From: Pyrinomonadaceae bacterium
Lineage (GTDB): Bacteria > Acidobacteriota > Blastocatellia > Pyrinomonadales > Pyrinomonadaceae
Assembly: GCA_035941655.1 (NCBI GenBank)
Contig: DASZDU010000161.1
Span: 2,478 to 66,477, forward strand
Length of the DNA: 64,000 nucleotides
Direction: 5' to 3'
Shown: piece after piece, positions 17,545-26,474 of the stretch
How positions within the stretch are numbered: the stretch's first letter is position 1
Layout of the letters: the number at the start of each line of letters is the position of its first letter
Notes under the pieces: generated by a model
What the model saw: only the letters and a program-made list of their open reading frames with translations
What the model was told of the DNA's origin: nothing
Databases searched by the model: none
Position numbers and translations under genes: made by a program

Positions 17545-19646
17545 AGAAACGCATACCGTTCGAGGAACTTCTCGTATCTTTCAGCGGCGATGACATGTTC
17601 TAAAACCACATTCTTATCATAGCCTCTTGGGATAAATGTCTTCATCATTTCTTCTTTCCAGACTTCAACACGACTCGGGTCACCTCTATTTTCAAAATAA
17701 CCCCTGACGATAATATCCCAATCGCGGATTCTTTCGACGAACGATGGATGAAAGAATTTCTTGAGCTTCGGATTTATCGCTAGTTCGTAGTGAGTCCGCT
17801 TGTAAGCGTTCGCCATGGCTTTGCAAAACAATTCCCTGCCCTGTTGAGAGAGGTCTTTCCCGGCCCGGTAAATTATTTCAAGACAATCCACAGCGCCAAC
17901 GACATACCTGACCCCGTCATAGATGCCCCAGATATACAGTTCATCAAGCGCCGTCCCGGCATGCGCTCCCAATGATTGAAAATTTTCTACCGTAGCATCG
18001 GCGAGATTAAGATTGTCATGATCCATGAAGATAACCTTGATTTGCCATTGTCCGTTGGCCCAAACGCTTCTCAATCCGACATTTCGCGGGACAAACGACT
18101 CGCCATTGGTGCTGGCTCTGACTGCCAGTAAGGTTCCCCAGAACTTTCCCATCTGCTGCATCGCGGCTGAGAAGTTATGGTCCGCCTGGGCGCGGTTCGC
18201 CGCAACCTTGAACGCGTCGTCCACATATTGCCCGTAGCTTCGATACTTACCAGCAGGCGGCTGGTAAAGACATAGGACCTCATCCAAAACCTCATCGGCC
18301 AACCGTCTATCATCCAGACTGGAGTGTCCGGTCTTCAGACCGTTCGTGAAATAGGTTTCGGCGCCGTCGTCAGACAGATAAGCGGCCAACCGGTCCAGTC
18401 TAAAAGAGCTGGTGCCGGAGATGATCGCCTGCGTCGGCGAAGCGTGTCCGAGAAACTGTACGGTTAGGCCAACGTCACCGGGGATGTCGAACAACGGCGA
18501 TTCATGCTCATCATTAAATGAATCGATTACCGCTCTCATGGCCACGCGCATTTCACCGAATTCACGTCCGAAAATCTCAGGCTCGGTAAAATAGTCAAGA
18601 ATATTTTCGCCAGTCCCGTTTACCTGAACGTTGTAGATGGATGATCTCGAATGAAAGGTAGGCAAGGGGGCTTCGGTCGCATGTATCGAGCGATAAATGC
18701 CTGACAACCTGGAAACTGACTTCGACTCGTATCGCAGGAGCCATTGAGTCGAGCCGCCGTCAAGACGGTGAGACGGAGGAACCAATTCGCCTTGACGCTT
18801 GTGTACGACGCCAAGCGGATAGCGTCCTCTCCGCCCGGCTCGCTTGATTTCAAACTCCAGATCACTTCCGGGAGGTTTGATGACTATCACGACAGCGGTT
18901 AAGGGATACTCGACGAGCGCGTTTAGTTCAGACCCGGTTGAATCGGACACCCAATAGACGTCATATGTTTGGCGGAGTTTTTCGAGAATGCGAGCCTCGT
19001 AGGCAGGCATTTGAGCTAAGGCATGTTTGTCTTCTACTTCAACGGAGGAGGGCTGAGCAGGATCGAGGTCCATGAGACCCCTGGAGGTATTGACGTGCCT
19101 GAGGATTCGATCAACCACCTCGTCGGGTTGGAAGATGTAACGCGCCAGTGAGAGCTTGCACTCACGGCGCGAGAGGGCAATAAAGTTTATCAGCGCCCTT
19201 TTAGTCGTTCGACTTCCCCTGATTTGATTGTGGACCCGCTCGAGTCTTTCCAGTTTGCGCCGCAACTCAAAAGTGAAACCGCTAAGGTCGATTGCCGAGA
19301 AGCCCTCCTGTAAAACGGTATCACTAACTTTCAAAGGTGGGCCGATGTCTGGTTTAAGTCTGAGTTGAGTCAGGAGAACATCGAATTCTTGTAGATTCTC
19401 TGGAGGGATTTTTAACACCTGATGCTCCAGCATCAGGATGGTAAGCCGCCTGATCTCCCAACTGTCACCTTCATTTCCCTGTGAGACAGCAAGCAGCTTG
19501 AGCATCAAACTCCGATTGTATGATGGGCACTGCAGGAATGAGTTAAAGAGTTCGTAGGCCCGAAACGGATCATCGAATTCAGTTGCCAGGGTATTGAACA
19601 AGCGCTCCGGCTTAAGGGTCGAGGAATGCCTTGCTAATGTTTTCAT
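17538..19646 (-). CDS. hypothetical 702-aa cytoplasmic protein (possible kinase-like fold)
   Basis: Uninterrupted ORF with no signal peptide and low GC. It contains VVIVIKPPGSDLEFEIKRAG and a D-x4-N loop (FMDHDNLNL). No family recognised. Confidence 0.75.
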   Translation of the reverse strand: MKTLARHSSTLKPERLFNTLATEFDDPFRAYELFNSFLQCPSYNRSLMLKLLAVSQGNEGDSWEIRRLTILMLEHQVLKIPPENLQEFDVLLTQLRLKPDIGPPLKVSDTVLQEGFSAIDLSGFTFELRRKLERLERVHNQIRGSRTTKRALINFIALSRRECKLSLARYIFQPDEVVDRILRHVNTSRGLMDLDPAQPSSVEVEDKHALAQMPAYEARILEKLRQTYDVYWVSDSTGSELNALVEYPLTAVVIVIKPPGSDLEFEIKRAGRRGRYPLGVVHKRQGELVPPSHRLDGGSTQWLLRYESKSVSRLSGIYRSIHATEAPLPTFHSRSSIYNVQVNGTGENILDYFTEPEIFGREFGEMRVAMRAVIDSFNDEHESPLFDIPGDVGLTVQFLGHASPTQAIISGTSSFRLDRLAAYLSDDGAETYFTNGLKTGHSSLDDRRLADEVLDEVLCLYQPPAGKYRSYGQYVDDAFKVAANRAQADHNFSAAMQQMGKFWGTLLAVRASTNGESFVPRNVGLRSVWANGQWQIKVIFMDHDNLNLADATVENFQSLGAHAGTALDELYIWGIYDGVRYVVGAVDCLEIIYRAGKDLSQQGRELFCKAMANAYKRTHYELAINPKLKKFFHPSFVERIRDWDIIVRGYFENRGDPSRVEVWKEEMMKTFIPRGYDKNVVLEHVIAAERYEKFLERYAFLY

Positions 19647-19852
19647 GCCTCGTTGGTCGGCTCTCGCCCGCTTTTGAGTTTGATCTCAGATTTGTTGAGA
19701 GCAAGACTGAGAGCCACGCGGTGAGGTTTGAAAGCACGGCTGCTCGAAAGAGAGAGTGGGTCAAAACTCCCTTCGGTATGTGCCGCTTGTTGATAGAGCA
19801 TCAAGTCGCGCGCAGTTCAAGTCTGTCGCTGGAGCCTCAATTGATCCGCGCC

Positions 19853-20107
19853 CTACTTCTTGCCACCCTTTTTACCACCGCCACCGCCGCCTGAAACCAC
19901 GCCTTTAGGACCTTTGACGCTCTTGCCGCCTTTGCCGCCTTTCCCGCCTTTGCCCCCTTTGCCCCCTTTACCTTTCTTCGGGCCAAGTGGGCTAACGCCG
20001 CCGAGCGCCAGAGCGAGCGCGATAGCTAGTTGTTGGGCGCATGAGCGTTCCAGGATGATCGCAACCACATCTGAACCTTTACCACCATTCTTTTTTTTGC
20101 CTCCCAT
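19853..20107 (-). CDS. 84-aa Gly/Lys-rich small protein with a collagen-like (G-X-K)n tract
   Basis: AAGGAG lies 9 nt upstream of ATG 20107. Sequence: MGGKKKNGGKGSDVVAIILERSCAQQLAIALALALGGVSPLGPKKGKGGKGGKGGKGGKGGKSVKGPKGVVSGGGGGGKKGGKK. It is on the same strand as both neighbours. Confidence 0.55.
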   Translation of the reverse strand: MGGKKKNGGKGSDVVAIILERSCAQQLAIALALALGGVSPLGPKKGKGGKGGKGGKGGKGGKSVKGPKGVVSGGGGGGKKGGKK

Positions 20108-20289
20108 CGTTATCATCTCCTTCAAGTCGAAATAGAATTCTGCTGGTCTTCGGTTTGCGAGGGAATGCCGCCGGCAATCAACCTTGACGAGTGGAAATCA
20201 GCGAAATATTCGACGAATGACCCACGCCTACAGTGCGATGCCGGAGAAGAGGGATTTCTTGTCCGGCAAAGACATCCAACCGAGCTCGA

Positions 20290-23200
20290 TTACGGATTCG
20301 TAGCCTTATCCTTGGTCGCTGGTTTGATCCTAAAGTCATCGAGACGATCTTTGCCTGGGGGTGGAACTGGCCGGGCGGGCGCCGGCGCCGCAGGCGTTGC
20401 CGGAACACAGACCGCTTGGCTGGCCGGCGCGGGTCTTCCGTCCGTCACCCTAAAAATGCCCCACAAACCAAATTGGGCCTTGTCGGGAACGAAAGCGCTA
20501 TACAGGTAATCGCCGGCGATTTGCGCTGGCCCACCAGCCTCGTCTATCACAATGTCGTAATGGGCCGTCGAGCCAAGATTATCCAGAGAACCCATCCATT
20601 GCGAGAGTTTGTTATCGCCTATCTTTGTAGAGCCCGCGGCATAAGGGTTTCTCTGCCAGACGTGGCCGTGCAGGCTGAAGACCTGCACGATTCCTGTGCC
20701 CGGAGGATGCAGCATCCGGAAGCGAACCCTGGCTCCTTTCGGCGCAGTGAAGATTGGGGTTTGCGGTTCGGCCTTGACCAACCCATTCGACACTGAACAT
20801 TGATTATCACCATTTGCGGCAAAGGTATTAGAGCTCGCATTGCCGAACCGATAATAGGTTGGCTCCGTGCCATAGTTAACTGCACTGATCGTTCTCTGCG
20901 AACTGGGATTACCTACCTTCAGGTCCTCCGTCATCATTACGACGAACTCGCGGAACCCTTTTCGCAGATTGATGTTGGCAGCGGCACGGGTCAAGAGCTT
21001 GGTGTTTGGGTCTTCGAGTGGCCCGCAGCTAAGTTGTGCGGGTTTCCCGTTCTTATCCAATCCCTCGCAGGTAATCTGAGCCTCAGTTGTCCCTTCCGGC
21101 TCGATCACCATCGAGCCGTAAAGACCGTTGATGTGCTGCAGCAGCGGATCTGAGGGCATCAAGTTGAGAGCGCCGAATTCAATTGGCGTATAGTTCAGGG
21201 TTCCGTTTTGATCTCTCTTGATACTGCCGGCGTACCACTGGTATTGAGCCGGGGAGCCGCCGATTGTTGCCACCTGATTCTTACTTGTGTCGTAGCCGAC
21301 GTTAATGCCGCTGCTGGTGGTCGCATCGTAAGCGAGGAGTTGCGGCTGCAGGCCGACCATTTTAGACGGCTTGAGCTGAAGCACCGTCGCCGGTTGGTTC
21401 ACCACCGCAGGTTGGTCGAAAGGAGGTTGAAGGGTGTATTTCTGTTGAAGAACCTGGGCCGACGAACTAATTCCGTTTCTCAAAGTGACATTGATGCAAT
21501 CGCCCGCGGCGGCGCGCAAAATGAGCGGTTCCCTGGGCACGCCTTTCTTAAGCTGACCGTTGGCGAGGTCGGCAGTGAAGACATACATCAACCCGAGCGG
21601 ATTTGTGAGCTGTGTATTGGGCGTGCCGGTTCCCTGTCCGCGACTGTTGAGGATGAGTGCCTTTTCCGGAAGACCGTGTTCGACGTCTATCGCCGTAATA
21701 TCGAAATTCTTAATCCTGGTTGACGGATGATCTTTCGGGCAGGTCGAGTAATCAGTTTTGTTCGTCGCGGCAACCGGATTGTTCGGCAACGGCTGCAAGT
21801 TCTTAGCCTCCGCGGTCGGGCTGTAAGCGCGCAGCAGTCCCCACATCCCGTTTGTGATGCCATTGTCCCCGGCGCTGGCAACGTATAGATGATCCGCAAA
21901 GTTGCACGGAGCGCTCGTATCGTCCGGACATGGATTCACTGTCTGGGTGGAAGACAGCGGCGATCGGAAATGCATCTCAGTGTGCTCGGACAGCCCCATC
22001 GCCTGGCTGCTTCGATACCCTGAATTGTTCCATGCCGACTCAGCGAGCCAATTCACTCCGCGTATGTTGAAGAAGTGGGCCAACTGGTGAGCGCCCACCA
22101 GTAGACGCACTTGCACCGGATCATTTTGATAAGTACGCAGCAGAGGTGTAAAGGGATCGCCATTGGGAGCAAGTGTCGGCGCCTGCTTCAAGGTGGAGTC
22201 GAACGCAGACGACAGGTCTGCGAACTGGCCCACGCGCCACGGCACTGGCTCGTTGCGATAATTCAGTGAAAAAGTGCCGACGGTCTGGCCGCTGCTAATC
22301 AGTTGCGGTGTACTCGGAGTGGCCACGCGGTTGGCCGGATCAATGTTTCTGTACCCGATGGCTGGATCGGGACTGGGAATGACTGGGCCCGTACCGCCCA
22401 CATTCCTGCTGTAAGCGAGTTGAAAGTCCTGAAACTCCAGCGCGAACTCGCGGAAGCTATCTGCCCCGTTAGTGCCTGAGAGAATGTCGGCCTTCCAACT
22501 GGTGGGGCCTCCATCGGGGCGCACAGGCGAAGCACCCGCACCACCCATGATTTTACCGGTTTCGGAATTACGCCAGCTCGCAGTCGACGGTTCGACCAGT
22601 AGACCAGCGTAGAGACCGGCCTGCTGGTGTGTGGACGGGCCATAGTGGTCGTGAGTGAAAACGGTTCCCAGGGTGCGGTCCTTGCCGCCATTGTCCAGCA
22701 CCGGGTCGGCGTACCACCGCTGTACGGTCGTTTGCGCGCCGGCCCATACGTGGCAGCGCGCCTGATTCTCGTTCTTCGAGCAATCAATGATGCCGGAAGG
22801 TGGATCCTTGAGTTTGAGTCCAGGATTGGACTGTCCGTTCCACGTCCCGCCCGTGTTGTTTATCGCGTGGACAATTTCCTGGACCTCTGTCGGACTGAAT
22901 GTGCCGTCTTCGTAGTTGTACCCGTTTGCGGCGCCGTCGGAGCCTTGCACGTCAAACTTCACGAGGTGGACGTGCTGACCTAGAATGTCCGTCGGCGTGC
23001 GTACTTGAAAATCATCTGCCTTGTAGTAATTGGGCACGAGGTTGGTATGCCACACCTCTACGACCTCTCCTGAATTGGCGCGGAAGAAAAGAGGCTCAGG
23101 TGCGCGCCGCGGAATATTCGCATTAGACGGGTCAGTTACATAGTTGCTTGTCGGGATGACGTCTTCCCACAAAGAGAGTATTCGCTGCTGCGGAAAGTGC

Positions 23201-26200
23201 CAGCCCGTAGGGTTCGTTGAGGCAGGGTTTGCCGGATTACGGTTGAGGGTCACATCAAGTTGGAAGACCGCAGCCTTGTAACGACGCGGCACTTTGCCGC
23301 CCGCTACATCACCTTTTAGATCAATTCCCGGATCCGCGAAAGGCGCACCCAACTGTGAACCAAACTGGTTCTGGGCCGCATAATTGGCCGAAGGCTTGCG
23401 CGGCAGTCCGTTGGTTACAAAGAATCCGGGCAGTCCGTCCGGCTTAAAGCTGGGTTGATTTCGCGTCGAGTTGAATTTCATCGCCGCCTGCTCCACCTTC
23501 GTGCCCTGTTCGGGAAGTTGAATTGCGTTTAGGTATCCCAGCATTTGGTTCTGATGGTTCTTGCAAGCCGCGATGAAAGTATTATTCTGGTTTTCCTTGC
23601 AGTTGATGAAGAAGTCTTTGCTCCAATCATATTTGCTGTGTACTTCGTTGATGACCGTGCCGCCGGTAACTAAATGGCGAGGCAAACCCCCGTCCAGATA
23701 CTTATTCGGCACAGGATTGCCCTGTTGGTCTAACTCAGGAGCGAAGTCGAGTGGGGGATGAGGCGCACGCGTTCCGGCGACGGCTGGAATGAAGAACGGA
23801 TAGCCCGGATACATTCCCTTATTCAGATCATCCTGATTTACCAGGGCGGCATAACCTATCGCGGTTGCGCCGCTGCCGAGGGCCGGGCAATCGCTGCCGA
23901 CCATCTTGGCGGGGTTGTAGGAGGAATCGACTTGACAGATCTTTACTCGGGCCGGAATTGGGGCCATCGCTAAGGTCGGCAACGGAACAAGCGCGGGGAT
24001 GGGCACACCGCTCGCAATCTCGGCGTCAGGCAGCGCCCGATTCCAGCCAGACTTGCTTACCTTTCCGCTTTCCAACACGGTTCCGGCCTCGAAGACATCA
24101 TGCACACGCCAGGCGCCCCACATGCCGGCCGCGAAGTGCGGATAGAAATGGCAGTGGAACAGTGAATCGCCGGCAGTCTTGTTCAGATTACCGCTGCCGT
24201 TGTAGACCATCTCAAGGCTGTAGCTGGCTCCCGGACTGATTATTTGGCTGTCCAAATAAGTAGATTTATCGCTGTCGGGCGATTGCAACCACTGCGAGGC
24301 GTGTTGATGATGAACGTGTGTTACTCCGTTACCTCCATGCAGAATCCTGAACTTGACATGGTCGTTCATGTAACTGTGGTAGATGTTTGAGGGGTCATCC
24401 GGGTAATAGACCATTGCTGCCTTTGGGCCTTTTGGCGGATCTTTTGTGACTGAAGGATTGGTACAACTCCCGTTAGCGATAGTTTGCGGGTTGCAAGGTT
24501 GAGGCGGCGCGGGCGGGGTAAAGTTGGCGGGCACGTCAACAATCATCGCCGGGTCGCCGACCGTCCACGAACTCAGAAAAAATTCTTCATACTTACAATC
24601 AACGCAATTTGCCATCGGTCCGACGCCGATGCGATTGGCATAGATCTCTGCGCCAATGCCTCCGGTGCCGTAGTTGATTGCAAAAGCGTCCATCCCGGCT
24701 CCCGTCGTCGGGGCCCATTGAAGATCCGTAAAGACCGGAAATGCCTGAGAGGCGTTGCTCACCTCGTGGTACATCACAGTGATCTCGCGGTAAGGCTGTT
24801 TGCGATCCGGCAACGACGGGTTGGCGCAGAAGAGCGGATCGACTTTGACGTTGGGGTTCGGATTGTCAGCCTGACTGCAAGGTGGTTCGGGTCTGTCGAC
24901 GCCAGTGGTGCCGGGAAATCTCCCGTGTGCCGGACCTGTGATGAGGGCTGTCAGGTCGCTATAGACCAGATTATTGTTGGCATCGAGCATCTTCAGAATA
25001 GGAGTCTTTGGAGAAATCGTGGTGCCGTCTGATCGTGCCGAGCCATCAGGATAGACGGCGTCATAATTGATGATTGGGTGACTGTCGGCTGAATAAAGAT
25101 AGCCATCCGCCATCTTCTTCACTGTCGCTGTGGTCGTAACACCGCCAGCTACTCTCTTCAACTTGCATTCTGCCGGCACGATCGTTGTTGCCGGACAATC
25201 GAGCGTCGCACCAGGGGGCAATCGATTGGCATTGTAGGTTGCTAATTGCAAGTCGTTTGCCGTCACCTGACTGCGATACCATTCGGCTCCTTCCGGTTGA
25301 ACATTAACCGCGCCGATCAGACCGGCCGCGATTTGACTGATCATCAGATAGTCGATCGATTGACCCGTCGTGTTCGCGTCGCCCAGACTGTAGAGCAGGA
25401 AAGAACCCTCTGCCTGCGCATAGAGCGCGTAGGTTTTAACTTCTCCAGCTTTTGCAGGAGTCGGCGGTGTCTTTCCCGGAGTATTAACACAGGGAATCAA
25501 CTTGGCAGGGTTCGCCGGGTCTTTGCATTGCGGGCTGTCGGCAAGGCCAGAACTGTTGGTGCCAACAAAAGAGCCGTCACTTGTAATAGCATCGACCAGA
25601 TTCATGCCCTGCACATGCATCGACACCTGAGGCGTCCCGAGGACTGGGAATGGACTGTTTCCAGGAGATTGCAGCGGCGGGTACTGATAGACAGCGTTTT
25701 TCAGTTTGATCTGCAAGCAGTCGCCGACGTTGGCGCGCAAGACAAGCGGGCGCGGTCGCCGATAGCCCTTGAGCTGAAGTTGCGTCATGTCGACATCGCT
25801 CTCAAGCGCAAAAATCTGCGCGTTGGGCATCGCCGCCCCAAGGCGATTCAACATGTAAGGCTGAGAGAGAGCTACCACGCTGGCATTGATATTTCGTTTG
25901 CACGCAATTGGAATTACCGTCGTGGCGAGGTTTGGGCCAGACGACGAGGAAGTTACTGGCGCAGAAACTGTCGTTGTTGCCGCTGCCGTGGGTGCCAGGC
26001 TGGTCTCGGCATTCTGGCTGGGTATTGGACTGCTTGTTGACTGAGAGTCCGTCGCCGACACCGCCCGGTCTGTAGTGACGAGTGGATTAGGCGATTGTGC
26101 CGAGACGACTGCTGCATCGGAGTCCGGTGCCGGCGAAAGGGCAGGCGTGGTTTGTGCGATTGCCGGGTCCGCAGTCAACAATAAGACGAGCGCTAAGACG

Positions 26201-26241
26201 AAGCTTGCAAGGCTGGCGAGCATCCTTCTATGACTTAGCAT
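20290..26241 (-). CDS. giant secreted multicopper oxidase (MnxG/MofA-like, putative Mn(II) or other metal oxidase)
   Basis: GGAGGAGG RBS before ATG 26241, then a signal peptide. Copper motifs: HVHHQH (24301..24318), HCHFYPHFAAGMWG (24115..24156), HVHLVKFD (22951..22974), THDHYGPSTHQQ (22621..22656). Repeated cupredoxin-like segments (LVLRANVGDCLQIKLKN, LILRAAAGDCINVTLRN). Confidence 0.9.
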   Translation of the reverse strand: MLSHRRMLASLASFVLALVLLLTADPAIAQTTPALSPAPDSDAAVVSAQSPNPLVTTDRAVSATDSQSTSSPIPSQNAETSLAPTAAATTTVSAPVTSSSSGPNLATTVIPIACKRNINASVVALSQPYMLNRLGAAMPNAQIFALESDVDMTQLQLKGYRRPRPLVLRANVGDCLQIKLKNAVYQYPPLQSPGNSPFPVLGTPQVSMHVQGMNLVDAITSDGSFVGTNSSGLADSPQCKDPANPAKLIPCVNTPGKTPPTPAKAGEVKTYALYAQAEGSFLLYSLGDANTTGQSIDYLMISQIAAGLIGAVNVQPEGAEWYRSQVTANDLQLATYNANRLPPGATLDCPATTIVPAECKLKRVAGGVTTTATVKKMADGYLYSADSHPIINYDAVYPDGSARSDGTTISPKTPILKMLDANNNLVYSDLTALITGPAHGRFPGTTGVDRPEPPCSQADNPNPNVKVDPLFCANPSLPDRKQPYREITVMYHEVSNASQAFPVFTDLQWAPTTGAGMDAFAINYGTGGIGAEIYANRIGVGPMANCVDCKYEEFFLSSWTVGDPAMIVDVPANFTPPAPPQPCNPQTIANGSCTNPSVTKDPPKGPKAAMVYYPDDPSNIYHSYMNDHVKFRILHGGNGVTHVHHQHASQWLQSPDSDKSTYLDSQIISPGASYSLEMVYNGSGNLNKTAGDSLFHCHFYPHFAAGMWGAWRVHDVFEAGTVLESGKVSKSGWNRALPDAEIASGVPIPALVPLPTLAMAPIPARVKICQVDSSYNPAKMVGSDCPALGSGATAIGYAALVNQDDLNKGMYPGYPFFIPAVAGTRAPHPPLDFAPELDQQGNPVPNKYLDGGLPRHLVTGGTVINEVHSKYDWSKDFFINCKENQNNTFIAACKNHQNQMLGYLNAIQLPEQGTKVEQAAMKFNSTRNQPSFKPDGLPGFFVTNGLPRKPSANYAAQNQFGSQLGAPFADPGIDLKGDVAGGKVPRRYKAAVFQLDVTLNRNPANPASTNPTGWHFPQQRILSLWEDVIPTSNYVTDPSNANIPRRAPEPLFFRANSGEVVEVWHTNLVPNYYKADDFQVRTPTDILGQHVHLVKFDVQGSDGAANGYNYEDGTFSPTEVQEIVHAINNTGGTWNGQSNPGLKLKDPPSGIIDCSKNENQARCHVWAGAQTTVQRWYADPVLDNGGKDRTLGTVFTHDHYGPSTHQQAGLYAGLLVEPSTASWRNSETGKIMGGAGASPVRPDGGPTSWKADILSGTNGADSFREFALEFQDFQLAYSRNVGGTGPVIPSPDPAIGYRNIDPANRVATPSTPQLISSGQTVGTFSLNYRNEPVPWRVGQFADLSSAFDSTLKQAPTLAPNGDPFTPLLRTYQNDPVQVRLLVGAHQLAHFFNIRGVNWLAESAWNNSGYRSSQAMGLSEHTEMHFRSPLSSTQTVNPCPDDTSAPCNFADHLYVASAGDNGITNGMWGLLRAYSPTAEAKNLQPLPNNPVAATNKTDYSTCPKDHPSTRIKNFDITAIDVEHGLPEKALILNSRGQGTGTPNTQLTNPLGLMYVFTADLANGQLKKGVPREPLILRAAAGDCINVTLRNGISSSAQVLQQKYTLQPPFDQPAVVNQPATVLQLKPSKMVGLQPQLLAYDATTSSGINVGYDTSKNQVATIGGSPAQYQWYAGSIKRDQNGTLNYTPIEFGALNLMPSDPLLQHINGLYGSMVIEPEGTTEAQITCEGLDKNGKPAQLSCGPLEDPNTKLLTRAAANINLRKGFREFVVMMTEDLKVGNPSSQRTISAVNYGTEPTYYRFGNASSNTFAANGDNQCSVSNGLVKAEPQTPIFTAPKGARVRFRMLHPPGTGIVQVFSLHGHVWQRNPYAAGSTKIGDNKLSQWMGSLDNLGSTAHYDIVIDEAGGPAQIAGDYLYSAFVPDKAQFGLWGIFRVTDGRPAPASQAVCVPATPAAPAPARPVPPPGKDRLDDFRIKPATKDKATNP

Positions 26242-26414
26242 TTTTCCTCCTCCAGGTGGGCGGGTACCAGGAGCACCGCAGGTGACCAAAGCAGACTTCC
26301 GTCCCCTGCTGCACTCACTTGTCCAGCGATGCTAACTGTGCATCAGGTTGTTCATTAGTGAGTGTGAAAGGCCTCGATTAAAAGAAGAAAAGGTTCCGAT
26401 CTTGAGGCGGGCTA

Positions 26415-26443
26415 AGCATATGCCCGGTCAGAATTGATGTCAA
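26415..26443 (-). promoter_or_regulatory. candidate sigma70-type promoter for the multicopper oxidase gene
   Basis: On the minus strand: TTGACA (26443..26438), 17-nt spacer, TATGCT (26420..26415). This lies about 165 nt upstream of the ATG. Confidence 0.35.
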
Positions 26444-26474
26444 CGAAATTGCTTTAGTTGATCTAAAATAAATT

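Noticed and set aside
19860-20135. Plus-strand Pro-rich ORF (PPLPPFPPLPPLPP..) mirroring the Gly/Lys ORF
   Set aside because: It is the reverse-complement reading of the GGK repeat. It has a TTG start, no RBS, and lies opposite to all neighbouring genes. The minus-strand frame has AAGGAG at ideal spacing.
20233-26040. Several long plus-strand ORFs inside the oxidase gene (20233..20796, 24484..25032, 25246..26040 and others)
   Set aside because: They are antisense to a 6-kb ORF with clear copper-oxidase motifs. Their translations are Arg-rich low-complexity sequences, typical of the antisense frame of GC-rich coding DNA.
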